From a virus: a stretch of DNA of 64,000 nucleotides. Of the stretch, positions 10,778-18,747 are shown in pieces; within the stretch, counting starts at the first letter, position 1; each line of letters starts with the position of its first letter. A model generated the notes under the pieces. It made no database searches. It had not been told where the DNA came from and saw only the letters and a program-made list of their open reading frames with translations. The stretch is from positions 1 through 64,000 of the IMG/VR virus record IMGVR_UViG_651324045_000004, one strand, 5' to 3'. Position numbers and translations under genes: made by a program.

Positions 10778-11890
10778 ATGTCCACAGGCAAAAAAAAGAA
10801 GAAAGAAAACATACCGTTAATCGATGATGATGACGCGATCGACGAAAGTGTTCCGGCGTTATTCACAGGCGACCTCACCCCTAACAGCAACAATACCGTA
10901 CAACCCATTGCGTTGATGAGACTTGGATTGTTCGTTCCCACGCTCAAAGGCACGAAGAATAGTAAACGAAATAACTCCAACCAGATAGACGCCTCAAAAG
11001 AACTGGTGCAACTGGAGGTTGCGAGATCTGAGGGTTATTCCGATATCAAAATAACCGGCCCACGTCTCGATATGGATCACGACTTCAAGACGTGGGTTGG
11101 TGTCGTCCGATCACTTGCCGAGTATGGGGAGGCCAGTGGGCGCGTTGAGCTAAGCATCACGAAGTTTGCCAAGTTCTGTGGGTATCCATCTTCCCAGATA
11201 CGCAAGACGCTGCGAGACAGGATTACGAACAGCCTGCTGAAGATAATGCGCACAACGCTTTCGTTCCAGCGCACATACGAAGAGAAGAACGTGGACGGCT
11301 CGAACAAGATATCTCTGCTCATGGTTCATCTGGTGAATAGCGTGGATTACAATGAGAAAAATGACACCATCATATTTCACGCCGAACCAAAGCTGTCAGA
11401 GCTATACCGGTTTGACCACAAAGTTCTTCTCCAACTGAAGGTCATCAACAAACTTCCACGTAAAGAAACCGCCCAGGCGCTATACACCTTCATTGAAAGT
11501 CTTCCGGCGCGGCCGGCGCCAATATCTCTGGCTCGTTTGCGTGCGAGGTTGAATCTGAATAGCTCAAGCATCAGCTCCCAAAATCAGACCATTCGAAACG
11601 GTCTGAAGTCTCTTAAAGAGCTTGGCTACCTCGATTACTCAGAGGTGAAGCGTGGTCGCTCTGTATTTATTCAGATTCATGGACGCAACCCGAAACTTAA
11701 AGTCATTGGTGAAGAGAAGCCGTCGAAGCCTGAGAAGCCTGCAGAGCAAGTGGAAGGGCCACAAGAGAACGGCGAGCTGGAAGTCGTAAAACAAAACATG
11801 ATCAAGAAGATAGCTGAACTTTCTGCGGATTTGACGCCTGAGAATATAAAGCTAATTGAGATACTTAGTAACGGTCTGAAGTTGCTTTGA
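10778..11890 (+). CDS. repA: Iteron-binding plasmid replication initiator (RepA-like, P1/RepFIB-type architecture)
   Basis: 370-aa plus-strand gene flanked by iteron arrays on both sides, with a DnaA box and GATC cluster upstream. A terminator follows inside the downstream iterons. Confidence 0.75.
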   Translation: MSTGKKKKKENIPLIDDDDAIDESVPALFTGDLTPNSNNTVQPIALMRLGLFVPTLKGTKNSKRNNSNQIDASKELVQLEVARSEGYSDIKITGPRLDMDHDFKTWVGVVRSLAEYGEASGRVELSITKFAKFCGYPSSQIRKTLRDRITNSLLKIMRTTLSFQRTYEEKNVDGSNKISLLMVHLVNSVDYNEKNDTIIFHAEPKLSELYRFDHKVLLQLKVINKLPRKETAQALYTFIESLPARPAPISLARLRARLNLNSSSISSQNQTIRNGLKSLKELGYLDYSEVKRGRSVFIQIHGRNPKLKVIGEEKPSKPEKPAEQVEGPQENGELEVVKQNMIKKIAELSADLTPENIKLIEILSNGLKLL

Positions 11891-12142
11891 TATGCTCTGA
11901 GCGGTGCAATATATGCTGTGAACGGCAAATGGTATGCTGCCAGCGGTGATTTGACTATTAGATATGCTGTCAGCGGTGATTAGGAAGGTCTGGAATCGTT
12001 TATTCACACCAAATTTAAGCCCTCGAATAGAGGGCTTTTTTATTTCGTATGCTGTCAGCGGTTGTGGATATGCTGTCAGCGGCTCAATGTATGTTGCCAG
12101 CGGTAATTGATATGCTGTCAGCGGTACGCTATGCCGCCAGCG
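11891..12142. repeat. Nine direct copies of the same 14-bp iteron downstream of repA (incA-like copy-control array)
   Basis: Copies at about 11891, 11913, 11933, 11963, 12048, 12068, 12089, 12110 and 12129. Two are slightly degenerate (TATGTTGCCAGCGG, TATGCCGCCAGCGG). Confidence 0.8.
12017..12041 (+). terminator. Rho-independent terminator for repA
   Basis: Hairpin AAGCCCTC-GAATA-GAGGGCTT followed by TTTTTTATTT. Confidence 0.65.
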
Positions 12143-12188
12143 GTGACTTCGATCAGGAGTCATTTTTAGAGGGTTCCATTTAGCCCCC

Positions 12189-12239
12189 TAGTGGTTACTA
12201 ACCTGTGAGACGTTGATATCAAAGGGTTAGTAACCACTA
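12189..12239. repeat. Perfect 15-bp inverted repeat (TAGTGGTTACTAACC / GGTTAGTAACCACTA) separated by 21 bp
   Basis: Seen directly in the sequence, just distal to the incA-like iterons. Function unknown (protein-binding site or long hairpin). Confidence 0.5.
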
Positions 12240-12253
12240 ACATTTATCTAATG

Positions 12254-12469
12254 TCAGGTGATCGATGAGAGAAGATTGTAGAGACGATGTGATTTAGCCT
12301 TCGCCTTCGTCTCACCATTTTCAATCATCTGCCACGAGCGGTAGCGATACACAATCTGGCAGTCGTCACGCTCCAGTCTTGTTGAGAAGTCTTCCGGGCG
12401 AGTAAATCCTTTTGCACGCCAGTATGGTCTAATTTTTTCAATTTCCATGCTGTTAGCGATGTTGTTCAT
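12254..12469 (-). CDS. hypothetical protein
   Basis: 71-aa ORF. Its start overlaps the stop of the upstream ORF (ATGA). Confidence 0.4.
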   Translation of the reverse strand: MNNIANSMEIEKIRPYWRAKGFTRPEDFSTRLERDDCQIVYRYRSWQMIENGETKAKAKSHRLYNLLSSIT

Positions 12470-12807
12470 TACGCAACCTTTTCACATTCATCAAACACAT
12501 ATCCGAAGTCATCGTAAATAACACCAAAGGTGTCTTTACGCATAAAGTAAGCGGCGCCAGAATGGTAAGCGGCCAAATTGCCTTTGTTCTCCGATAGTAT
12601 AGGTGAGCTGATTATTCTCTCACCTACAACAGCGTAGAACTGGTGAGCATCTGCCGTCAGGATAGCTTCAGCAACACGATGTGGCGTGCCTGACATTTCG
12701 CCATTTTCTATGCGCATAATGTTCATCTGGCATTTCATCACGGCTGAGTTGCCTGCATTCGGTAGTGCAATCAGGATAGCCAGGGTAGCTGCAAAAATCG
12801 TTTTCAT
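12469..12807 (-). CDS. hypothetical secreted protein (N-terminal signal peptide)
   Basis: MKTIFAATLAILIALPNAGNSAV signal-like N-terminus. 112 aa. Confidence 0.5.
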   Translation of the reverse strand: MKTIFAATLAILIALPNAGNSAVMKCQMNIMRIENGEMSGTPHRVAEAILTADAHQFYAVVGERIISSPILSENKGNLAAYHSGAAYFMRKDTFGVIYDDFGYVFDECEKVA

Positions 12808-12996
12808 GATTAGAAGAGCTTCCCAAGAGTGATAGCCAGAAACACGCCCACCAAAACATCTACAATCCGACCATTAACCGGCGCTAATGCTTTTCTAAAA
12901 CTGCCAACGAATACGCTATCAAAGAGCAAAAAAACTGATGTAGCTAAATACAGGAACGGCATAATACACCTTATTAGATAAATGTCTACTTATCAA

Positions 12997-13269
12997 TTAG
13001 AACGAGGAAAGACCAAGGATGCGGGTCAAATGTGCCGCATCTTCGTCGCTAATAAAGCGTAAGTCCTCGATATACCAGCATTCGCCGTTACTCCAGCAAA
13101 CACCATCCTCGTCAACCGTAACGGTATCTTCGCTACCATAAAGCGATGGCAGGATCTGATTAGCGATTACCTGCAGGTCATCATCGCTCGTTCCTTCAGG
13201 CACGTCTAAAATAGAATAAGGTGAATATGACGTATTAAGTGATGCGCAAACTTGTAATAAAGCCTTCAT
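12997..13269 (-). CDS. hypothetical acidic protein
   Basis: 90-aa ORF with the conserved RBS CATGTGCTTTCCTTTG at its start and the AAACAAGTTGTT operator-like palindrome upstream. Confidence 0.5.
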   Translation of the reverse strand: MKALLQVCASLNTSYSPYSILDVPEGTSDDDLQVIANQILPSLYGSEDTVTVDEDGVCWSNGECWYIEDLRFISDEDAAHLTRILGLSSF

Positions 13270-13370
13270 GTGCTTTCCTTTGTTGTAATAAACAAGTTGT
13301 TATCTTATGTGTCTAAATGAGGTTGCAAAAATAAGTGACACGGTCACAGAATTATCTTTCTACTCACCTA

Positions 13371-13568
13371 TTACTCTGTAATGTCACTGTTTTTTACCTC
13401 TGTGAATGTGCCATGAAGGGACGCAGCAAAAAAGACGAACGTATCGCGACCGAAGTCGTCTTTCGTGTGTATAGCCTGCCCATCAGCGTCTGAGTAACCG
13501 GAGTATGTTTTCCCCGGAGTAAACCAGTTGATGCCTGGGCGTGTGCCGGTGCATTCGATAGTGATCAT
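13371..13568 (-). CDS. hypothetical protein
   Basis: 65-aa ORF in the minus-strand gene series. Confidence 0.35.
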   Translation of the reverse strand: MITIECTGTRPGINWFTPGKTYSGYSDADGQAIHTKDDFGRDTFVFFAASLHGTFTEVKNSDITE

Positions 13569-13613
13569 GTTTTGCCTTTTATAGTTACAACATACTTTTA
13601 GGTAAGAGCTACA

Positions 13614-13766
13614 TCACGCAGCAGCCGCGGATTTTTCTTGGCGTTGCTTTAGCACGCATTCGGCGTGAATGACTCGGAATCGACCTGCGAAGCGTTCAAA
13701 ATGGCCTTCACCTTTGGCGACCCAATTTTTGCAGTAGTAGCAGCAACCTGGATATTTGTTACGCAT
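13614..13766 (-). CDS. small Cys-rich (zinc-ribbon-like) protein, 50 aa, below the ORF-track length cutoff
   Basis: My own translation: MRNKYPGCCYYCKNWVAKGEGHFERFAGRFRVIHAECVLKQRQEKSAAAA. It is preceded by AAAGGACACCAAATG, which resembles the window-wide conserved RBS. Confidence 0.35.
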   Translation of the reverse strand: MRNKYPGCCYYCKNWVAKGEGHFERFAGRFRVIHAECVLKQRQEKSAAAA

Positions 13767-13849
13767 TTGGTGTCCTTTCGTGCTTAGTGGAGAACGTGTT
13801 TAAAAAGGCTTCCTGCTGGTGGGCGCTCAACTCGCCGTTGAGCTGGATA

Positions 13850-14587
13850 TTAGGCGTCATCACGAGCCTCCAGCATAAGTCTGATTGACTCGTTGAGATC
13901 GATGTCTGGCGCTGAAGTTATTTGCTCAAGACCCAGACGCATCGCGGCACCAGCCACATACGCCTCAACCTCTGCTTTGCCAGCTGAGACGATGTTATCG
14001 ACAGCTTCCTGCGTGAGTTCCGCGCCGAACGCCATATTGCCTGGAAGATTGATTACCGCTCTGGACAGTGATTCGTAAATGGCGCGGAGATCGCGCTTGC
14101 CAGCCTTACCGGTAGCAATCAACGCACCGAGCTGGTCGACGAGATTCTCGATGTCGGCAACGTCTTTCCGAACCCGTGCAGCAATATCTTTAGAGAACCG
14201 CTCGTGCATCGTCTCAGCCTTCTCTATTTCGGGAAGGTGAACCAGCTTTCCGTCGCGGATCGATGAAAGAGTACATGGGACGCCCTCGCCAACGCCGAAA
14301 CTGGACACCATCGCCGCCCACTGTGCTGCGCTGAGTTGAACCACCATAAGAGCGCTACGGTCTTCTGACTTTGTGATCCGGTAGCTGTAGCCATCTCGTT
14401 CGATAGCCGCTCGATGGAACGTTAATTCAATCAGCTCACTATGATCGATGTCTGAGTCGAACAGATTTGTACCGGACGAACTGACCCGGCCAACACGCAC
14501 CAGGCCAAACGCTGGGTGCGTCACCATATCCCGGCCTTTGAACGATTCGCCGCTTCTCTCTTCAGGCTTCTGTTTAATTCTCGCCAT
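13850..14587 (-). CDS. hypothetical protein (the ORF-track start at 14602 is a GTG; the ATG at 14587, MARIKQ, is more likely)
   Basis: About 245-aa ORF immediately downstream of the HUH Rep-like gene and a small zinc-ribbon ORF. No motif recognised. Confidence 0.5.
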   Translation of the reverse strand: MARIKQKPEERSGESFKGRDMVTHPAFGLVRVGRVSSSGTNLFDSDIDHSELIELTFHRAAIERDGYSYRITKSEDRSALMVVQLSAAQWAAMVSSFGVGEGVPCTLSSIRDGKLVHLPEIEKAETMHERFSKDIAARVRKDVADIENLVDQLGALIATGKAGKRDLRAIYESLSRAVINLPGNMAFGAELTQEAVDNIVSAGKAEVEAYVAGAAMRLGLEQITSAPDIDLNESIRLMLEARDDA

Positions 14588-14723
14588 TGTCTTCTCCTTC
14601 ACACATTACGGGGTTTGAATCAGGCTCTGAGTAGTCGTAAGTTTCAGAGTCTGCATTGGGGCAGTGGATGACTCTCTGGTAGCCGTCACCCTCCATGGTT
14701 TCACCACAGTTCTTACAGACCAT
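14574..14723 (-). CDS. small CxxC...HC...C zinc-ribbon protein, 49 aa, translationally coupled to the upstream HUH gene
   Basis: My own translation: MVCKNCGETMEGDGYQRVIHCPNADSETYDYSEPDSNPVMCEGEDNGEN. Its ATG is embedded in the last codons of the upstream gene (TATGGTCTGTAA) and its stop overlaps the next gene. Confidence 0.35.
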   Translation of the reverse strand: MVCKNCGETMEGDGYQRVIHCPNADSETYDYSEPDSNPVMCEGEDNGEN

Positions 14724-15426
14724 AAAAATCTCTGCTCACCTCTGCGGTATCAAACTTGGACTCCACCCAACCTCTTGAACAACCTGTGACGCTAATTACT
14801 GACCAATCCTTGCCCGTTGCTATTGTTCTGGCGTTGAACTCGTCCGGCGTCTGTTTCGACATGTAGTTAAATAGCCCGTGGGCATCGTAGACGGGTCTGG
14901 CGTCATGCTTGATTCTGGCGTTGGGGTTCTTCGGCGTTTTCTTTAGCCAATAACGGATAACCCCCTCTGCAAATGCCTCCACCTCTGCGGGCGTATTTCC
15001 GGGGATATTGGCGACAAGGTGAATATGCGGCATCCTCTCGTGCTCTGCCCATTCCAGCGCGTAGATATATTCTGCGCTGGCGGTTCTTAGACGCTTTATT
15101 AACCCTGTCATTGCCTCGTTGAAATATTCCGGTTCAATGTCGCACAAAGGCTTCAGCGTGAAGAAGTAAGGCGTGCCGGGTGTTTTGTTCAGATCGATAA
15201 GGCGGGCGTTTTTCCTGAACGTTATACGCTTTGCCGCGCTGTGCGAGAGCCGTCTGGCTTTTCTTTCGGCTTTGCCTGCTTCCATTAATGCCCGATGCTC
15301 CGCTGTAATGGTATGTCCTTTTCTGAACGCACCCACGCGAGCCACGCGGCCAGTTTTGGGTGTAGATACTTCCTCAATCGGTACGGCAATCAGGTTTTTG
15401 TCGATCCACGATTTATTCATACACAC
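14713..15426 (-). CDS. HUH-superfamily rolling-circle replication initiator-like protein (pC194/Rep_trans-like motifs)
   Basis: Motif I YFFTLKP, motif II (HUH) MPHIHLVANI, motif III Tyr/Lys NYMSKQ. The AAACAAGTTGTT palindrome lies upstream and a bidirectional terminator beyond it. Confidence 0.55.
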   Translation of the reverse strand: MCMNKSWIDKNLIAVPIEEVSTPKTGRVARVGAFRKGHTITAEHRALMEAGKAERKARRLSHSAAKRITFRKNARLIDLNKTPGTPYFFTLKPLCDIEPEYFNEAMTGLIKRLRTASAEYIYALEWAEHERMPHIHLVANIPGNTPAEVEAFAEGVIRYWLKKTPKNPNARIKHDARPVYDAHGLFNYMSKQTPDEFNARTIATGKDWSVISVTGCSRGWVESKFDTAEVSRDFYGL

Positions 15427-15465
15427 TCTCTAAACAAGTTGTTTTCTTATGGCTGATATTTTACG

Positions 15466-15500
15466 GAGAAAGAAAAGGCGCCAGAAGTGGCGCCTTTGGG
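15466..15500. terminator. Bidirectional rho-independent terminator (AAAAGGCGCCAGAAGTGGCGCCTTT)
   Basis: Perfect GC-rich hairpin flanked by A- and T-tracts between the SPFH and HUH transcription units. Confidence 0.6.
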
Positions 15501-15509
15501 ACTGTTCGA

Positions 15510-16337
15510 TTACTTGACGGTAACGAATGGGGTACTGGTCCCTGCGGTCATATACTGCGGTAGGGTGCCATTCCACTTATTGATGGCCTCCAGCTGCATA
15601 ACTTCCGGGTTCTGGCGGAGAGCCTCGCCGCGGATGCGGATAGATTCAGCATCAGCCTTAGCCAGAGTTTCCTTGGCGTCAGCTTCACCCGCTGCCTGAG
15701 CGCGAACCATGTTTGCTTCAGCTTCTTTTTGCTTAACCTGCTGCTCACGTTGCAGCGTGGTCTGGTTCGCCGTTACTTTGGCGTTAATGGACTCGATAAC
15801 GCTCGGCGGGTACTCCGGTTTACCCATCCAAGACAGACTGAGAACCTGAATTCCAACCGGCCCCATTTCGGTCTGAATAGCTTTCAGTGAATTATCCAAA
15901 AGTTCAGTTTTGCCGCCGTCGATAAAGCGGTCAGTGGTCATGCGACTGGCCTGTTTAATCAGTACGTCTGCGATCTTCTGCTTCAGATCGGTTTCGGTGA
16001 TATCGTCGACGCCTTTACGGTAGGTCTGGAAGATGGTGGTGACTTTGGTCGGGTCTACTTTGTAAGTTACACCAATGTGGTAGCCGATCGCTGTACCATC
16101 GCTCATTTGGAAGTTGAAGGCGTCTTCATACGACTTCATCTGCTTGAAGGTAGGGAAGGTGTACAGAGTGGTATTCCAGCCAATCCATTGACGGCCAACG
16201 CCAACAACTTCACCAACACCTTTGTCGTCACCTAATTTGTTGACCTTGATACCCACTTCACCAGGCTTAACGTACTCACAGCCGGTCAGCATGGTCATTG
16301 AGGCTACGATAGCCAGTGCGATAATTCCCTTTTTCAT
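15510..16337 (-). CDS. SPFH/band-7 (stomatin/HflC-like) lipoprotein
   Basis: Lipobox LTGC after the signal peptide. SPFH-like core followed by an E/A/Q-rich coiled coil. Confidence 0.8.
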   Translation of the reverse strand: MKKGIIALAIVASMTMLTGCEYVKPGEVGIKVNKLGDDKGVGEVVGVGRQWIGWNTTLYTFPTFKQMKSYEDAFNFQMSDGTAIGYHIGVTYKVDPTKVTTIFQTYRKGVDDITETDLKQKIADVLIKQASRMTTDRFIDGGKTELLDNSLKAIQTEMGPVGIQVLSLSWMGKPEYPPSVIESINAKVTANQTTLQREQQVKQKEAEANMVRAQAAGEADAKETLAKADAESIRIRGEALRQNPEVMQLEAINKWNGTLPQYMTAGTSTPFVTVK

Positions 16338-16537
16338 TTTGTTTTTCCTGTAATTAGTTGATGGATAATGCTTTTAGCCGCTTTATAGGAAGCGAAGGGG
16401 GTTGCGAACATCAGCACGAAGCCAATCAGGACAGTGATGTCGCTTTTTTGAGAGATGAGATAGGGGATAACTAACCCTACCATCGTCATCGCAAACCCGA
16501 TCGTGACGCAGATTTTCAAATACAGTTTTGTGGTCAT
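16334..16537 (-). CDS. small two-TM membrane protein, putative NfeD-like partner of the SPFH protein (start placed at the internal Met with the conserved RBS)
   Basis: MTTKLYLKICVTIGFAMTMVGLVIPYL...VLIGFVLMFATPF. The conserved CATGTGTTTTCTCTTG lies at 16535. Its stop overlaps the SPFH start (ATGA). Confidence 0.45.
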   Translation of the reverse strand: MTTKLYLKICVTIGFAMTMVGLVIPYLISQKSDITVLIGFVLMFATPFASYKAAKSIIHQLITGKTK

Positions 16538-16659
16538 GTGTTTTCTCTTGTTGAAAAGCTTACACATAATAGATAAGCACTTACTTATCATCAAGCAAAA
16601 CATATTGAACCCAGTTTTTATCCTGCATAACATGGTCTTTTTAGCGGCCGGGAAGACGA

Positions 16660-17385
16660 ATGACAGACAGAGAGTTGGCGGGGTTAAAAGCCATTGAGCT
16701 ATGGGAGAATGGGGCCTTTGATGCTGACATGATCCTTATGGTGTTAGGAAAACGAATGGGCATGAGTTCTTCAGCTGAACTCGTTCATTGGCTTTCATCA
16801 CAAGGCACGATCCGAGGCTCCAAGTCCAAAGAAAAAATTAATGAAAACAGGCATAAAGCTGCCGCGTTATGGATTTCAGGTCTGTATAGCGCTCCCGAAT
16901 TACTTGAAATGTTTAAAGGCCGTCTGGGTATACAGCGCAAGGGATCTCTTCTTTTCTGGTTCCGGCAAAATGGATACGTAAGAAACTCGGAGTCGCCCGA
17001 CGCTCCGAAGAATCCGCGAGCAACTTTGAGAGAAAGAGCCGTGGAGTTAAGGAAAGCCGGCCAGCACACAACCCGACAAATCTTTGATGAACTCTCTCCC
17101 GAGTTAGGTATGAAAAACGTCGGCGCACTTAGACGCTGGTTTAAGAAAAATGGCATCGTACCTGAGCATCCGAGAAAACCTCGTGAGAAGCCCCCTAAAC
17201 CGAAACCGGTAAATCCTCGTGTTCAACTTAGAGCTGTATGTACTGATATGTGGGCATCTGGCGAATATACAGGTAAGGACATTCGGTCTCAAATGGGCGA
17301 AAAATTTCCATTTGCCAGCCTTGGCGCAATGTATGGTCATTTCTCTAAAGTTGGTGTTAGAAAGGGAAGTAAAGAGAGCGACTGA
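16660..17385 (+). CDS. hypothetical protein with tandem basic helix-turn-helix-like repeats (WFxxNGxV)
   Basis: Plus-strand gene convergent with recA. The terminator hairpin GAGAGCGAC-TGAG-GTCGCTCTC at 17376-17399 closes both units. Confidence 0.5.
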   Translation: MTDRELAGLKAIELWENGAFDADMILMVLGKRMGMSSSAELVHWLSSQGTIRGSKSKEKINENRHKAAALWISGLYSAPELLEMFKGRLGIQRKGSLLFWFRQNGYVRNSESPDAPKNPRATLRERAVELRKAGQHTTRQIFDELSPELGMKNVGALRRWFKKNGIVPEHPRKPREKPPKPKPVNPRVQLRAVCTDMWASGEYTGKDIRSQMGEKFPFASLGAMYGHFSKVGVRKGSKESD

Positions 17386-17402
17386 GGTCGCTCTCTAGTG
17401 AT

Positions 17403-18470
17403 TTACGCGTCAGCTGGCTCTAATTCGTCCTTTGACTTCATCTTCGCCTGAATCGACTTAATAGCCTTCACGATTTCGCCCAAATCCTTCTCGCGGTACA
17501 TATCGACGATCTGGGACTTTGTATACTTCTTATCGCCAATCTCGATGCGCCCGGTGGACGTCTTCGGAATGTATCCCTTATCAAGCATGTACTCTACAAG
17601 CGATTCTACGACGTCCAGACCACGCGAAGGGTCGAAGTAGAAGTTCCATTCACATTTCTGGAACGGTGGCGCCACTTTGTTTTTGACGCACTCTGCTTTA
17701 ACCAACTGACCAACACGATCGCCGCCTTCTTTCAACTGACCGCCACCCAGCTTGATGCGGACGGAAGCGTAGAATTTCGGAGAGTCGCCGCCTGGGGAAG
17801 TGGTAGGGTCTCCGAACATTACGCCCATTTTTGTACGAACTTGGTTCAGGAAAATGAGACAGGCATTGTATTTCTGCGCCCACTTAGCCAGCGTTGGTAG
17901 ATTTGCCGAAGTCGCGCGAGCCAGTGCCGTGTTGTCGTTCATATTCAGCTCGTCTTTCTCTTTGGCCGTGCCATCCGCCATCTTCTCGAACTTCTCGAAC
18001 TTCTGGCGCGGAACCATTGAGGCCAGCGAGTCATAGACAATGACGATGGGCGCTTCAGCTGGGATCAGACTCTCCTTGCGAACCAGAGACAAGATTTGCC
18101 CGGTCAAGTCGATGGCGTCCTCAAAGGTGTCTGGCTGCTTATAGACCCAATTACCTTCATCTTCATCAGATTGAAGTCCCATAACTTCAGCCAGACCAAC
18201 GTCAAAACTGTTTTCATGATCGAGGAATACGGCGATACCTCCGACCTTCTGCGCTGCAATCATCGCGCGGGTTGCGAGGAAAGTTTTGCCTGCAGACGGA
18301 GGTCCAAAAATCTCCACAATACGCCCACAAGGAAGACCGCCTTCCAGATCACCAGAAACGGCTTCGTTTAACGGGGGAAAACCGGTGTCCAGCCATTGCT
18401 CGACTTTCTGGATCTCATCATTTCCGCCGATACGTTTTTTCATGGCTACTGCTAATGGTGACTTTTTCAT
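17403..18470 (-). CDS. RecA/UvsX-family recombinase
   Basis: Walker A GPPSAGKT, RecA core, KNKVAPPF motif. Conserved RBS at the start. Confidence 0.85.
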   Translation of the reverse strand: MKKSPLAVAMKKRIGGNDEIQKVEQWLDTGFPPLNEAVSGDLEGGLPCGRIVEIFGPPSAGKTFLATRAMIAAQKVGGIAVFLDHENSFDVGLAEVMGLQSDEDEGNWVYKQPDTFEDAIDLTGQILSLVRKESLIPAEAPIVIVYDSLASMVPRQKFEKFEKMADGTAKEKDELNMNDNTALARATSANLPTLAKWAQKYNACLIFLNQVRTKMGVMFGDPTTSPGGDSPKFYASVRIKLGGGQLKEGGDRVGQLVKAECVKNKVAPPFQKCEWNFYFDPSRGLDVVESLVEYMLDKGYIPKTSTGRIEIGDKKYTKSQIVDMYREKDLGEIVKAIKSIQAKMKSKDELEPADA

Positions 18471-18486
18471 GTGTTTTCCTTTGGTT

Positions 18487-18747
18487 TTATTTAGTTATGC
18501 CGATTTCTTTCTCGGCTTGTTCACGATTAAACGTGATGGTGTCGCAGTTCATCATTTTTGCGGATCGCTCAATGATGGTGAGAATATGGCCTTTCACGAT
18601 ATCTACTTCACGTGCTGTCAGAGCGATTTTGTGACCGACGATGCACGCGTTAAAATCAGACACAACATACTCGCCATAGGTGAAGACTAACTCCTTCGCC
18701 AGCGCGGTCGGCGTAGTGGATTTTCCAGTAATAATTGACGCAATCAT
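18487..18747 (-). CDS. hypothetical protein
   Basis: 86-aa ORF between the FEN and recA genes. Confidence 0.4.
   Translation of the reverse strand: MIASIITGKSTTPTALAKELVFTYGEYVVSDFNACIVGHKIALTAREVDIVKGHILTIIERSAKMMNCDTITFNREQAEKEIGITK

Noticed and set aside
12668-12859. 63-aa ORF overlapping the secreted-protein gene
   Set aside because: It is an out-of-frame overlap of most of its length with the better-supported 12469-12807 ORF.
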